This document shows, piece after piece, positions 11,154 to 20,480 of a stretch of DNA of 32,000 nt. This DNA comes from Candidatus Peribacter riflensis (GTDB lineage Bacteria > Patescibacteriota > Gracilibacteria > Peribacterales > Peribacteraceae). The stretch spans positions 990,001 through 1,022,000 of the forward strand of contig CP013062.1 in the NCBI GenBank assembly GCA_001430755.1, written 5' to 3'. Positions within the stretch are counted from its first letter, which is position 1. Each line of letters starts with the position of its first letter. A model generated the notes under the pieces. The model did no database searches and was not told the origin of the DNA. It saw only the letters and a program-made list of their open reading frames with translations. The position numbers and the translations under genes were made by a program.

Positions 11154-11981
11154 TTATAGCCGTATGTCTATGTCGGCAGCTCGCATTTCCTTCTTTGCCT
11201 TGATCACGCTTTGCTCCGAGAAGTGGAAGATGTTTGCTGCTGCCACAGCCGATGCCTGCCCTTCACGGAGGCCTGCGACGAAATCAGAGAACTTGCCGAC
11301 GCCGCCGAGCGCGATCACCGGGAGCGAGACGCTTTCAGCAACCTCCCGGATGAGCGGAATGTCGTACCCCGTCCCCGTCCCGTCGCGATCGATGGACTGG
11401 AGCAGAATCTCCCCGGCGCCACGCCGCTCCGCCTCCTTCGCCCACGCGACGGGAGAGAGCCCGGTCGGTTCCTTGCCGAAGCGTTTGTAGACCTCACATA
11501 CGCCCGTCTGTGGATCGCGCCGGACGTCGACGCATACCACGATGCACTGGTTGCCGAAAGCCTGTGCGGCCCGCTCGATGAACGCTGGATCCTCGAGCGC
11601 CTGGGTGTTGATGCTCACTTTGTCCGCGCCGTTCTTCAGCCGCACGCGGATATCCTCGATCGTCCGGATCTTGCCGCCGACGGTGAGCGGGATCATGCAC
11701 TTCTCGGAGACGTATCGGATGACGGACACGACATCATTCGTCATGGTCGCCGGGATGTCCTTGTGCGAACTCGTCGTGCCGATGACACTCATCGTTTCAC
11801 GGAAATCGTGCGTCTCATCGCGGTTGATGTCGAGGTAGATGAGCTCATCCGCCTTCCACGCGGTGTACCGCTCCACCTGCCCCAGCGGATCGCCCGTATG
11901 CTGGTGGAACGAGAAGGTGCGGCTGCGCACCAGGATGCCATTCTTGAGCAGGAGCACGGAGATGAGGCGCGGCTTCAACAT
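11154..11981 (-). CDS. HisF-like cyclase subunit paralog (WbuZ type)
   Basis: 275 aa. It has the HisF-like (beta/alpha)8 pattern (RLISVLLLKNG, DELIYLDI, GADKVSINT, GGVG). Confidence 0.85.
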   Translation of the reverse strand: MLKPRLISVLLLKNGILVRSRTFSFHQHTGDPLGQVERYTAWKADELIYLDINRDETHDFRETMSVIGTTSSHKDIPATMTNDVVSVIRYVSEKCMIPLTVGGKIRTIEDIRVRLKNGADKVSINTQALEDPAFIERAAQAFGNQCIVVCVDVRRDPQTGVCEVYKRFGKEPTGLSPVAWAKEAERRGAGEILLQSIDRDGTGTGYDIPLIREVAESVSLPVIALGGVGKFSDFVAGLREGQASAVAAANIFHFSEQSVIKAKKEMRAADIDIRL

Positions 11982-11984
11982 CGC

Positions 11985-12602
11985 TCAGAGCGTGAGGAAG
12001 TTCTGGAAAATCCGAAGACCGTCATCGTGACTCTTCTCGGGATGGAACTGCGCTCCGCAAATATTTTCAGATTGGAGAAGGGCGACGATCTCTGTGCCGT
12101 AGTCCGCCGTACCGGCGACGACCGTGGGATCCTCCGACGAGAAACAGTAACTGTGCACGAAGTAGAACACGGGGTCCTCTGTAAATCCCCGGGCAATCGG
12201 ATGCGACCCGGTCACGCGGACGTTGTTCCAGCCAATGTGGGGCAGGCGAAGAGCGGTTGCGATCTGCTTCACCGACCCAGGAACGAAACCCAGGCCTCTG
12301 TACTCCCCATGTTCGAATCCTTCGCTGGCGAGAAGCTGCATGCCGAGGCAAATGCCCAGAATCGGCTTTTTCTTCGAAAGAACCTCCTCCCGCAAAACAT
12401 CGACGAGCCCGCGCTCGGTGAGCCCTTTCATCCCCTCGCCGAAACTCCCCACCCCCGGAAGGATCAGGTGTGATGCGGACGCAATCGCCTCCGGGGCACC
12501 GGTGATGATCACCGTATCCGTTAAACGCAATAGCGCATTCCGGACGGAGGTGAGATTGCCCACGCCGTAATCGATGATCGCGACGGACGGAGATGCAGTC
12601 AC
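11985..12602 (-). CDS. HisH-like glutamine amidotransferase subunit paralog (WbuY type)
   Basis: ORF 11985..13037 trimmed to the GTG at 12602 (MTASPSVAIIDYGVGN). It has the GATase-1 nucleophile elbow ILGICLGMQLL and GAQFHPEKS. An alternative TTG start lies at 12617. Confidence 0.8.
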   Translation of the reverse strand: MTASPSVAIIDYGVGNLTSVRNALLRLTDTVIITGAPEAIASASHLILPGVGSFGEGMKGLTERGLVDVLREEVLSKKKPILGICLGMQLLASEGFEHGEYRGLGFVPGSVKQIATALRLPHIGWNNVRVTGSHPIARGFTEDPVFYFVHSYCFSSEDPTVVAGTADYGTEIVALLQSENICGAQFHPEKSHDDGLRIFQNFLTL

Positions 12603-12660
12603 AGAGGCACAATACAAAAAAGGGTGGATGGGAGACAGCGGAAACCGCGCCAATCCCGCT

Positions 12661-12688
12661 TTGAACGCCCCGGTATCCCTGATAGCAT
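12661..12688 (+). promoter_or_regulatory. Candidate promoter of the plus-strand (Pse) operon
   Basis: TTGAAC-N16-TAGCAT. The ATG (12699) lies 10 nt after the -10 element. Confidence 0.4.
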
Positions 12689-12698
12689 CCCGGTCCGT

Positions 12699-13568
12699 AT
12701 GATCAATCTGCAACCGTTCGTCTCGCGCGAAATCCCTCTCGCAGAGCTCCCCCAGTGGTCCCCGTGGCCACAGCGTCTGCTCGGACTCATTGAGTGGAGG
12801 GATCAGAAGCGTGACACTACCAAGGTGGATCGCGAGTACGACAAGGACGAGTACCTGCGCTGCCTGAACTTTAAAAAGGAGAATCCCGGTGCCACGGCCG
12901 ACGACGTGCGTGCGTACGAATTCCGCCTGCCCAGAAAGCCCCTCTGCGTCTCGCAGAAGAACAAACTCTACGAACTCCCCTCCGAGCAAATCATGCCGGT
13001 CGATAACGCCGTGCTGCTCGACGCTCTCAAGCCGCATATGGGCGGCATCGACACAGTCGTGGAGCTGGGCTGCGGCTATGGATACAATCTCTGGGAGCTA
13101 CGGCGGCATTTCCCGGAGAAAACATTCCTGGGGGGCGACTACTCCCCGAACGCAGTGAAGCTGGCGGAAATGCTGTACAAAGACTGTCCGAACATGTCGA
13201 TCGAGACCTTTAACTTCTACGATCGTTCCTTCCCTATGCTGGAACGCTGCCCGAAAGGATCGAAGGTACTGGTCTTCAGCCGCCACGCCACGGAACAGCT
13301 CCCCACCGCCAAGAATGTCCTCGCGACCCTCACGCAGTACTTCGATCGCATCAAAGTGGCAATCCACCTTGAAGTCGGTTTTGACAATTACGGGGACTCG
13401 CTCTTGGATCTCCTCCGCAAGCGCTACGTGATGATCAACGACTACAACCGCGATTTAGTGAGCCTGATCCGCTCGCGGTCGGACATCGCATTCCTTACAA
13501 ATGAGCCCGACGTGTACGGCGTGAACTCCCTCAATCCATCGAGTGAGCTGGTCTGGAAGCCCAAATGA
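12699..13568 (+). CDS. Class I SAM-dependent methyltransferase (associated with the Pse cluster)
   Basis: ORF 12624..13568 trimmed to the ATG at 12699 (MINLQPF). It has the SAM motif VVELGCGYGYNL. Confidence 0.7.
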   Translation: MINLQPFVSREIPLAELPQWSPWPQRLLGLIEWRDQKRDTTKVDREYDKDEYLRCLNFKKENPGATADDVRAYEFRLPRKPLCVSQKNKLYELPSEQIMPVDNAVLLDALKPHMGGIDTVVELGCGYGYNLWELRRHFPEKTFLGGDYSPNAVKLAEMLYKDCPNMSIETFNFYDRSFPMLERCPKGSKVLVFSRHATEQLPTAKNVLATLTQYFDRIKVAIHLEVGFDNYGDSLLDLLRKRYVMINDYNRDLVSLIRSRSDIAFLTNEPDVYGVNSLNPSSELVWKPK

Positions 13569-13581
13569 GCTCGTTTGACCG

Positions 13582-14658
13582 ATGAGGGCAGTGCAAAGCA
13601 CCGAGAGACCGTTTGGCAAAACAGGGAATTTTACGCGGAAGAAAGCGGAGATATGGTACGATTCCGGCGTGGGTATCGATTCGAACCTCTCTATTCTCGT
13701 GACCGGCGGAACGGGATCCTTCGGGAAAAAATTCGTCGAAACGCTCCTGAAAGGCACTCCTCCACGCAAGTTGATCGTCTTCAGCCGCGACGAGTTGAAG
13801 CAGCACGAGATGCGCATGCAGGGATATAACGCGGTATGCATGCGATACTTCATCGGTGATGTTCGCGACAAGGACCGGCTGCGCCGCGCCATGAGCGACG
13901 TCGACATCGTGGTGCATGCAGCGGCACTGAAGCACGTGCACGCCTGCGAGTACAACCCCATCGAGGCAATTCAGACCAATATCATCGGTGCCCAGAACAT
14001 CATCAACGCCGCCATCGACGCCGGCGTGAAAAAAGTGCTGGCCCTCAGCACCGACAAAGCGGTGAATCCTGTGAATCTCTACGGTGCCAGCAAGCTCTGC
14101 GCGGAGAAACTGTTCGTCCAGAGCAACGCCTACTCCCGTCCGGAGGGGCCGGTCTTTAGCTGCGTGCGCTACGGGAACGTGATCGGGAGCCGTGGGAGCG
14201 TGATTCCATCTTTCATGGAACAGCGCAAGACAGGCACAGTGACCATCACGGACGAGCGGATGACGCGGTTCTGGCTCTCGGTGGAACAGGGAGTGGATTT
14301 TGTGTTGAAGTGCCTGTCGCTCATGCGCGGCGGGGAAATTTTTGTTCCGAAAATTCCATCGACTCGTCTTATCGACCTCGTGGAGGCTGTTGCTCCCGGC
14401 TGCAAGCACGTGACGACGGGCATCCGGCCCGGTGAAAAGCTGCACGAATGCCTGCTCTCGGATGAAGAGGTGCGGCACACCGTTGAACTCGCAGATATGT
14501 ACGTCATTGAGCCGGAGGATGAATCGTGGGGCTTCAAACATTGGGAAGGCAAGCGACCGAAGGAAAATTGGCGGTACAGCAGCGATACGAACGCCGAGAA
14601 GCTCTCTCCGGAGCAGTGGCGCGCACTGCTGAAGGATGCGGCTCTCGCTGACGCTTGA
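13582..14658 (+). CDS. pseB: UDP-N-acetylglucosamine 4,6-dehydratase (inverting)
   Basis: It has ILVTGGTGSFGKKF, AAALKHVHACEYNPIEAIQTNIIGAQN and STDKAVNPVNLYGASK. The start is uncertain, and the in-frame GTG at 13669 would give a more typical N-terminus. Confidence 0.88.
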   Translation: MRAVQSTERPFGKTGNFTRKKAEIWYDSGVGIDSNLSILVTGGTGSFGKKFVETLLKGTPPRKLIVFSRDELKQHEMRMQGYNAVCMRYFIGDVRDKDRLRRAMSDVDIVVHAAALKHVHACEYNPIEAIQTNIIGAQNIINAAIDAGVKKVLALSTDKAVNPVNLYGASKLCAEKLFVQSNAYSRPEGPVFSCVRYGNVIGSRGSVIPSFMEQRKTGTVTITDERMTRFWLSVEQGVDFVLKCLSLMRGGEIFVPKIPSTRLIDLVEAVAPGCKHVTTGIRPGEKLHECLLSDEEVRHTVELADMYVIEPEDESWGFKHWEGKRPKENWRYSSDTNAEKLSPEQWRALLKDAALADA

Positions 14659-15188
14659 TGACAACCTGCGATACCATCGTTTCCGGCTCACGGGTCTTCC
14701 TCCGAACCCTGCAGGAAGACGATGCGACCGATGCCTATGCAGCCTGGCTCAACGACCCCGAGGTGAATCAGTGGCTCGAGACGCGCCGCGTCACGGTGCC
14801 GGAATTGCGCACCTACATCCGCGCGAAGCGTGAGAGTCCTGATGCCCTGCTGTTCGGCATTTTCTGGAAGCAAACAGGCCAGCACATCGGCAACATCAAG
14901 CTCGAGCCGATCGATCGCGAGAAGAAGGAAGCGACGATCGGTATTCTCATCGGCGAAAAACCATTCTGGGGCAAGGGCGTGGCCACCGAAGCGACAAACC
15001 TCGCCGCGGAGTATGCGTTTTCCGCCCTCGGCCTGCAGGGCGTCACGCTCGGCGTGATCCCAGAGAACAAACCCGCCATCCGCGTGTACGAAAAATGCGG
15101 ATTTACGCGCGTGTGCATCGATCCCAAGACGATGAATCATGACGGCGTGCTCTACGACCGCTGGGTATTCCGCAAAGAACGCACATGA
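14658..15188 (+). CDS. GNAT family N-acetyltransferase (RimJ/RimL-like)
   Basis: The ATG at 14658 overlaps the pseB TGA (TGATG). An alternative in-frame TTG start lies at 14655. The GNAT core is GKGVATEA...VYEKCGF. Confidence 0.8.
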   Translation: MTTCDTIVSGSRVFLRTLQEDDATDAYAAWLNDPEVNQWLETRRVTVPELRTYIRAKRESPDALLFGIFWKQTGQHIGNIKLEPIDREKKEATIGILIGEKPFWGKGVATEATNLAAEYAFSALGLQGVTLGVIPENKPAIRVYEKCGFTRVCIDPKTMNHDGVLYDRWVFRKERT

Positions 15189-16378
15189 GCACACTCGCTC
15201 TCCACGGCGGCACACCTGTGCGCAAGACGCTTCTGCCCTATGCGCACCAATCCGTGAGCGAAGAGGACATCGCGGCTGTTACCGCGGTGCTCAAGTCCGA
15301 TTGGTGGACCACGGGGCCCAACGTGGCAGAATTTGAACAAGCATTCGCCGCGGTAACGCATGTAAAAGAAGCTGTCGCCGTGAGCAACGGCACCGCCGCG
15401 TTGCACGTGGCGCTCTATGGGGCGGGCATCGGACCGGGAGACGAAGTGATCGTGCCGCCCATGACCTTTGCGGCCACAGCGAACGCGGCGGTCTTTCTGG
15501 GCGCGAAGCCGGTCTTCGTCGATTGCGATCCAGATACCCTCCTCTTGAATCCTGCAGAGGCAGAAAAGAAGATCACCGAGAAGACGAAGGCGATCATGGC
15601 CGTGGACTACGCCGGGCAACCCTGCGACTACGACGCTCTCCGCGCCCTAGCCGAGAAGCACAAGCTCACGCTCGTCGCCGATGCCTGCCATGCCCTCGGA
15701 GGCGCAGAGCACGGCAAGCCGGTGGGCTCCCTCGCCGATATCAGCACGTTCAGCTTCCACCCGGTGAAGCCTCTCGCGACGGGTGAAGGCGGCATGGTGA
15801 CGACGGACGATCCGGAAATCGCCCTGCGCATGCGCCGGTTCCGCAATCACTGCATGACTACCGACCACCGCGAGCGGCAGGAGAAGGGTTCGTGGTTCTA
15901 CGAAGTCGTCGATCTGGGCTACAACTACCGCCTGACGGACATACAGTGCGCGCTCGGCTTGAGCCAGCTCAAGCGTGTTCCGGAGTGGACAAAGCGTCGG
16001 CAGGCAATCGCAAAGCAGTACGATGCCGCACTGAAGGGTATGAACGGACTCTGTCCACTCGCGGTCCGAAAAGACGTGCAGCACGCGTACCACCTGTATG
16101 TCATCCAGCTCGAATTGGAACGCCTGACAGCCGGCCGCAATGAGATTTTTCAGGCGCTGCGGGCAGAGAACATCGGCGTGAACGTGCACTACGTGCCCGT
16201 GCACCTGCACCCGTACTATCGGCGGACATTCGGCACCGCCGAAGGGCTCTGCCCGGTCGCGGAGCGGGCCTACGAACGCATCATTTCGCTACCGATGTTC
16301 GCCGCGATGACCGAGCAGGATGCTCAGGACGTGATCGAAGCCCTGAAAAAAGTGCTCTCCCACTACGCTGCGCAATGA
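15185..16378 (+). CDS. pseC: DegT/DnrJ/EryC1-type aminotransferase (UDP-4-amino-4,6-dideoxy-N-acetyl-beta-L-altrosamine transaminase-like)
   Basis: 397 aa. It has LLPYAHQSVSEEDIAAVTAVLKSDWWTTGPNVAEFE and AVSNGTAALH. The start overlaps the upstream stop as ATGA. Confidence 0.85.
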   Translation: MSTLALHGGTPVRKTLLPYAHQSVSEEDIAAVTAVLKSDWWTTGPNVAEFEQAFAAVTHVKEAVAVSNGTAALHVALYGAGIGPGDEVIVPPMTFAATANAAVFLGAKPVFVDCDPDTLLLNPAEAEKKITEKTKAIMAVDYAGQPCDYDALRALAEKHKLTLVADACHALGGAEHGKPVGSLADISTFSFHPVKPLATGEGGMVTTDDPEIALRMRRFRNHCMTTDHRERQEKGSWFYEVVDLGYNYRLTDIQCALGLSQLKRVPEWTKRRQAIAKQYDAALKGMNGLCPLAVRKDVQHAYHLYVIQLELERLTAGRNEIFQALRAENIGVNVHYVPVHLHPYYRRTFGTAEGLCPVAERAYERIISLPMFAAMTEQDAQDVIEALKKVLSHYAAQ

Positions 16379-17343
16379 ATCACCGCATTCTGGTACTCGG
16401 CGGCGGATCGATCGGCACACGGCACGCCAAAAACCTCCTCAAGCGCGGTGCAGGAGAAGTGATGATCGCGGAGCCGGATGAGGAGCGTTGCAGGGTTCTC
16501 GCGCAGGAACTGAAGGTGCAGACGCGTGCGGACAGTGACAGTGCAATGACAGAGTGGAAGCCGGACTTGGTCTTCGTCTGCTCGCCGACAGCCCTCCATG
16601 TGCCGCAGGCTATGAAGGCTGTGGAAGCCGGCGCGCACGTCTTCATCGAAAAACCCCTCTCACACACTATGGAAGGAGTGGAAGAGTTGCGGAAACTCGT
16701 TGAGAAAGAGAAACACGTCGTCATGGTGGGCTGCAATATGCGCTTTCATCCGGGTGTGAAGGAGGTGAAGCGCCTGCTCGAAGAAGGAGCAATCGGCACA
16801 CCCATGAGCGCACGCATCGTCTACAGCGGGTACCTGCCATCGTGGCGGCCCGGGCAGGACTATAAGAAGAGCTATAGCGCCTCCGTTTCGCAGGGAGGTG
16901 TTGTTTTGGACTGCATTCACGAAATTGATCTCGCCCTCTGGGAGCTTGGACCGGCCGAAGTGACGCAGGCGAAGGTGACACCCGCCACGAGCATCGGCCT
17001 TGAGACGGACGGCCTCGCCGAAATCACGCTCCGGCACACAAATGGGGCCGAGAGCAACATCCATTTGAGTTTCATCGACGAAAAATTTGAACGGAGCCAG
17101 CAGATCACGGGCAGCGAGGGATCGCTCTCGTGGGATTTCGAGCGGGGAATGGTGGAACGGTACAAAAAAGATGGAACACTCGCCGAAACCATCCGGCAGC
17201 CGGAGGGATGGGAGCCGAACCAGATGTTTCTGGAGGAGCTCAATCATTTCTTAAATGCTGTGGAAACTGGATCTCCTCCGATGGGATCGCTCGATGAAGC
17301 GACCTCCGCTCTGAGGATTGCACTTACTGTTCGAAAAAGATGA
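16375..17343 (+). CDS. Gfo/Idh/MocA family oxidoreductase
   Basis: 322 aa. It has the N-terminal Rossmann motif ILVLGGGSIGTRHA and the EKPL motif. Confidence 0.8.
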   Translation: MNHRILVLGGGSIGTRHAKNLLKRGAGEVMIAEPDEERCRVLAQELKVQTRADSDSAMTEWKPDLVFVCSPTALHVPQAMKAVEAGAHVFIEKPLSHTMEGVEELRKLVEKEKHVVMVGCNMRFHPGVKEVKRLLEEGAIGTPMSARIVYSGYLPSWRPGQDYKKSYSASVSQGGVVLDCIHEIDLALWELGPAEVTQAKVTPATSIGLETDGLAEITLRHTNGAESNIHLSFIDEKFERSQQITGSEGSLSWDFERGMVERYKKDGTLAETIRQPEGWEPNQMFLEELNHFLNAVETGSPPMGSLDEATSALRIALTVRKR

Positions 17344-18290
17344 AGAGTGTCGCCATCATTCAGGGACGCATGAGTTCCAAACGGCTTCCAGGGAAAATCC
17401 TCATAGATATTGAAGGCTCTCCTCTACTCGCCCACGTCATCCACCGCGCGGAGGCGGCGAATATCTTTGACGCCGTCATCTTTGCCACAAGCACGGACAA
17501 AGAGGATGACCCGGTGGCGGAATACTGCGCCACGAACGGGAAGGAGTGCTTCCGCGGGGACCTGAACGACGTGCTCGAGAGGTACTATCAAGCCGCACAG
17601 ACGTACAAAGCCGACATGATCACGCGCCTCACGGCGGATTGTCCGCTTCTGGATCCCGCCGTCATCCGGCAGGTCGTTGAGGTCTTTGACCCAACACGTT
17701 TCAAATCGCCCTGTTACCTTGATACAGGCACTGATTTCATTGATGGTATGCCTCGCGTCTGCAGCACCGAAGGAATGAAACAAACGCGCGAAGCGGTGGG
17801 TCTCGCGGGTCCCGCCGCTGGAGCGCAACCGCCAAGGGAAGGGTGGGTTCGTGGGAGGGACACCGTAGGTGGCCATCCCACGCTCCGCCATGACTACGTG
17901 AGCAATGCCATTCAGAGAACATACCCGGATGGATTGGATACCGAGGTCTTCTCTATGGCAGCCCTCACCCGAGCCAGAAACGAGGCGAGGCTTCCTTCGG
18001 AGCGGGAACACGTCACCCCGTACATCCACAGGCATCCGGAGCTCTTTCGCATCGGCCATGTCACACAGGAGCACGATCTCTCCGCCCTGCGGTGGACGGT
18101 GGATGAGCCGCGGGATCTTGCCTTCGTGCGTGCGATCTTCGCGGAACTCGGCGATGGCGTCTTCGGGCAGGAGGAAGTGCTGGCCCTTCTCGCCCGCAAG
18201 CCCGAACTGCAGACCATGAACGAAGGAATCGTCTGTAATGAGGGGTACAAAAAATCTCTGAGCGAAGATCCCGCTCTCCCCCCGTCATGA
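17340..18290 (+). CDS. SpsF-type cytidylyltransferase (candidate CMP-pseudaminate synthetase) with an internal insertion of about 65 aa
   Basis: It has IIQGRMSSKRLPGKIL, FRGDLNDVLERY, TRLTADCPLLDP and DYVSNAIQRTYPDGLDTEVF...REHVTPYI. The segment between the DP and DYVSN blocks is far longer than I recall for SpsF homologs. Confidence 0.75.
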   Translation: MKSVAIIQGRMSSKRLPGKILIDIEGSPLLAHVIHRAEAANIFDAVIFATSTDKEDDPVAEYCATNGKECFRGDLNDVLERYYQAAQTYKADMITRLTADCPLLDPAVIRQVVEVFDPTRFKSPCYLDTGTDFIDGMPRVCSTEGMKQTREAVGLAGPAAGAQPPREGWVRGRDTVGGHPTLRHDYVSNAIQRTYPDGLDTEVFSMAALTRARNEARLPSEREHVTPYIHRHPELFRIGHVTQEHDLSALRWTVDEPRDLAFVRAIFAELGDGVFGQEEVLALLARKPELQTMNEGIVCNEGYKKSLSEDPALPPS

Positions 18291-19315
18291 AGATTCTCTT
18301 CCGCACCGACGCCGGCACTGCCATAGGATTCGGCCACGCGATGCGCTGCCTTGCGCTCGCCCAGGCAGCGAAGGATGGAGGAAACGACGTACGATTCGCC
18401 ATGAGCAGTATTCCCCGTTCTTTTGAGAAGCGACTGCATGCAGAACACATCGACGTTGCGCGTATCGATGCCCTCGCAGGGAGCGACGCAGACGCGGGAG
18501 AATGCGTGGAGATCGCCAAAGACACGGATTTCATCGTGGTGGACGGTTACCAATTGGCAAGCGCCTACCAGACAAGCATTCGGAAGAGTGATACCCCCCT
18601 CCTCTTCATCGACGATTACGGACACGGCTCTCCCTACGCGGCGGATCTCATCCTCAACCAGAATTCCTACGCACCACGTCATCCGGAATGGTATGAAGAT
18701 CGTCCCGCTTCTGCGCAACTGCTCCTGGGATGCGCCTACACACTGCTGCGACGGGAGTTTCGCGCGTACGATCGGACGCATATCCCGGGAACGGGAAAGT
18801 CCGTGCTCGTGACGATGGGCGGCGGCGATCCGAAGAATGCCACGCTCGCCGTGATGCGTGCACTCAGGCAAATCAATGATCGAAATTTGCGGGTGACCGT
18901 GGTGGTCGGCGGCTTAAACCCGCACCTGGCCGCTCTCGAGTCCGACGCAGGGGAAATGACCGTGATGAAGGACGTCACGGATATGCCGTCCTTGATGGCC
19001 CGAGCGGATCTGGCCATCGCCGCAGCCGGAACGACCTCCTATGAATTGGCGTACATGGGAGTCCCCATGTTGTTGGCAGTGCTTGCAGATAACCAGCGCC
19101 CGGTTGCCGAGGATATGGTGAAGCGAAACGCCGCCGCGCTGCTCGGAGACCCGTCGGCCATGTCCGTGGAGGAATGCTCCGGGGCCATTGCTGCACTCCT
19201 GCACTCCCCGCAGAAGCGCCTCCTTTTCTCGGAGAACGGCAGAGCATTGGTGGATGGGAAGGGTGCGGAGCGTATCGTGAGCGCTATGACTGACTTCCTC
19301 TCCTCTCGCGGATGA
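18287..19315 (+). CDS. pseG: UDP-2,4-diacetamido-2,4,6-trideoxy-beta-L-altropyranose hydrolase
   Basis: 342 aa. The N-terminus MKILFRTDAGTAIGFGHAMRCLALA is typical of PseG. Confidence 0.85.
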   Translation: MKILFRTDAGTAIGFGHAMRCLALAQAAKDGGNDVRFAMSSIPRSFEKRLHAEHIDVARIDALAGSDADAGECVEIAKDTDFIVVDGYQLASAYQTSIRKSDTPLLFIDDYGHGSPYAADLILNQNSYAPRHPEWYEDRPASAQLLLGCAYTLLRREFRAYDRTHIPGTGKSVLVTMGGGDPKNATLAVMRALRQINDRNLRVTVVVGGLNPHLAALESDAGEMTVMKDVTDMPSLMARADLAIAAAGTTSYELAYMGVPMLLAVLADNQRPVAEDMVKRNAAALLGDPSAMSVEECSGAIAALLHSPQKRLLFSENGRALVDGKGAERIVSAMTDFLSSRG

Positions 19316-19788
19316 AACCTTCCCTCCGCCTCCGGCCTGTCACGCGAGAGGATTGCCGCCTGCTCTGGGAGTGGGCCAACGACCCCACAGTCCGCGCTTC
19401 CTCATTCTCCACTGCTCCAATCCCCTGGGAAGATCACGTACGCTGGTTTGAGGTAAAGTTGCGCGACGAGCACTGCACGATGTTCATCGCGCTCAATGAA
19501 ACGGCTGTGCCCGTCGGGCAGATCCGCTTTGACATTCGTGAGGATGGCAACGCGGAAGTGGATGTACACATTGCCCCCGGAGCGCGTGGCAGGGGCTATG
19601 GAACCGCGTTGATCACTGAGGGGATACATACGTTCTTAAGATCTTCGGATGCAAAAACCGTGCACTCCTTCATCAAGATCAACAACGCGGGCTCCCGCAA
19701 TGCCTTCCTCAAGGCCGGATTCAAAGAGCTTGAAAGGGAAGTGACGCACGGGGAAGAGGTCTATCATTTCCTCTATGAGCGCCCATGA
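19312..19788 (+). CDS. pseH: GNAT acetyltransferase, PseH-like
   Basis: 158 aa. It has LRLRPVTREDCRLLWEWANDP and a GNAT core (RGRGYGTAL), and it lies directly after pseG. Confidence 0.65.
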   Translation: MKPSLRLRPVTREDCRLLWEWANDPTVRASSFSTAPIPWEDHVRWFEVKLRDEHCTMFIALNETAVPVGQIRFDIREDGNAEVDVHIAPGARGRGYGTALITEGIHTFLRSSDAKTVHSFIKINNAGSRNAFLKAGFKELEREVTHGEEVYHFLYERP

Positions 19789-20480
19789 GTGACACAACCT
19801 ACATCGTCTGCGGCTGCAAATCGTGGAACCGAAAGGTGTTTGATGAGCACATGACATCACTTCCTGGCACATGGCACTTTGTCGGGAAAAAAGAGGAACT
19901 CAAAAAGGGATTGCTGGAAAAACTGAAACCCCGATACGTCTTCTTCCTACACTGGTCGTGGAAGGTGCCGTCCGAAATATGGAAAACATGCGAGTGCATC
20001 AACTTCCACATGGCCGACGTGCCGTATGGCCGCGGGGGAAGCCCGCTCCAGAACCTCATTCTCCGCGGACACAAAACAACCAAGCTCTCGGCCCTGCGCA
20101 TGACGGAAGAGATGGATGCCGGACCCGTGTACCTCAAAGAAGCAATGGGCCTTGAGGGCACGGCGCAGGAAATTCTGGTGCGATCGAGTGAGCTGGCTGC
20201 CCGCTTGATCGACCGTATCATCCGGGAACATCCCGTGCCCAAGGAGCAGGAAGGAAAACCTGTCATCTTTGAACGACGCACACCCGAGCAGAGCCGCATG
20301 CCCGCGGGCCTCTCTCTTGAGACTCAATACGATTTCATCCGGATGCTGGATGGCGAAGGCTACCCGGCCGCCTTTCTGGAATCTGGAGGAATGCGCTATG
20401 AATTCAGGAAGGCAGTGCTCTATAATGGCCGTCTAGAAGCGCAGATCACCGCTCTGCCTCTTTCCGCTTCCGACTCATGA
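19785..20480 (+). CDS. Formyltransferase-like protein (Fmt N-terminal-domain fold)
   Basis: 231 aa. It has INFHMADVPYGRGGSPLQNLILRG and MTEEMDAGPVY, which resemble the HxSLLPxxRG and DxG blocks of formyltransferases. Confidence 0.6.
   Translation: MSDTTYIVCGCKSWNRKVFDEHMTSLPGTWHFVGKKEELKKGLLEKLKPRYVFFLHWSWKVPSEIWKTCECINFHMADVPYGRGGSPLQNLILRGHKTTKLSALRMTEEMDAGPVYLKEAMGLEGTAQEILVRSSELAARLIDRIIREHPVPKEQEGKPVIFERRTPEQSRMPAGLSLETQYDFIRMLDGEGYPAAFLESGGMRYEFRKAVLYNGRLEAQITALPLSASDS

Noticed and set aside
17720-17734. A 15-mer, gatacaggcactgat, in the SpsF insertion matches gatacaggtactgat (28413-28427) in the TATCAG array at 14 of 15 positions. This hints that the two regions are related.
   Set aside because: The flanks do not align convincingly. 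A 14/15 match is expected by chance many times in 32 kb when all position pairs are considered. It is kept only as a prompt for a proper alignment.
17697-17891. Reading the two in-frame insertions (17697-17891 and 28789-29091) as a group I intron, an intein or a known structured ncRNA (SRP, RNase P, riboswitch).
   Set aside because: Both preserve the frame with no stop codons, which is unlikely for two untranslated introns. They are too short for inteins and lack the Cys/Ser...His-Asn junction residues. I could not recognise the conserved SRP domain IV, an RNase P core or group I P7/P3 motifs by eye. Only an Rfam or covariance-model scan could fully exclude an RNA element.
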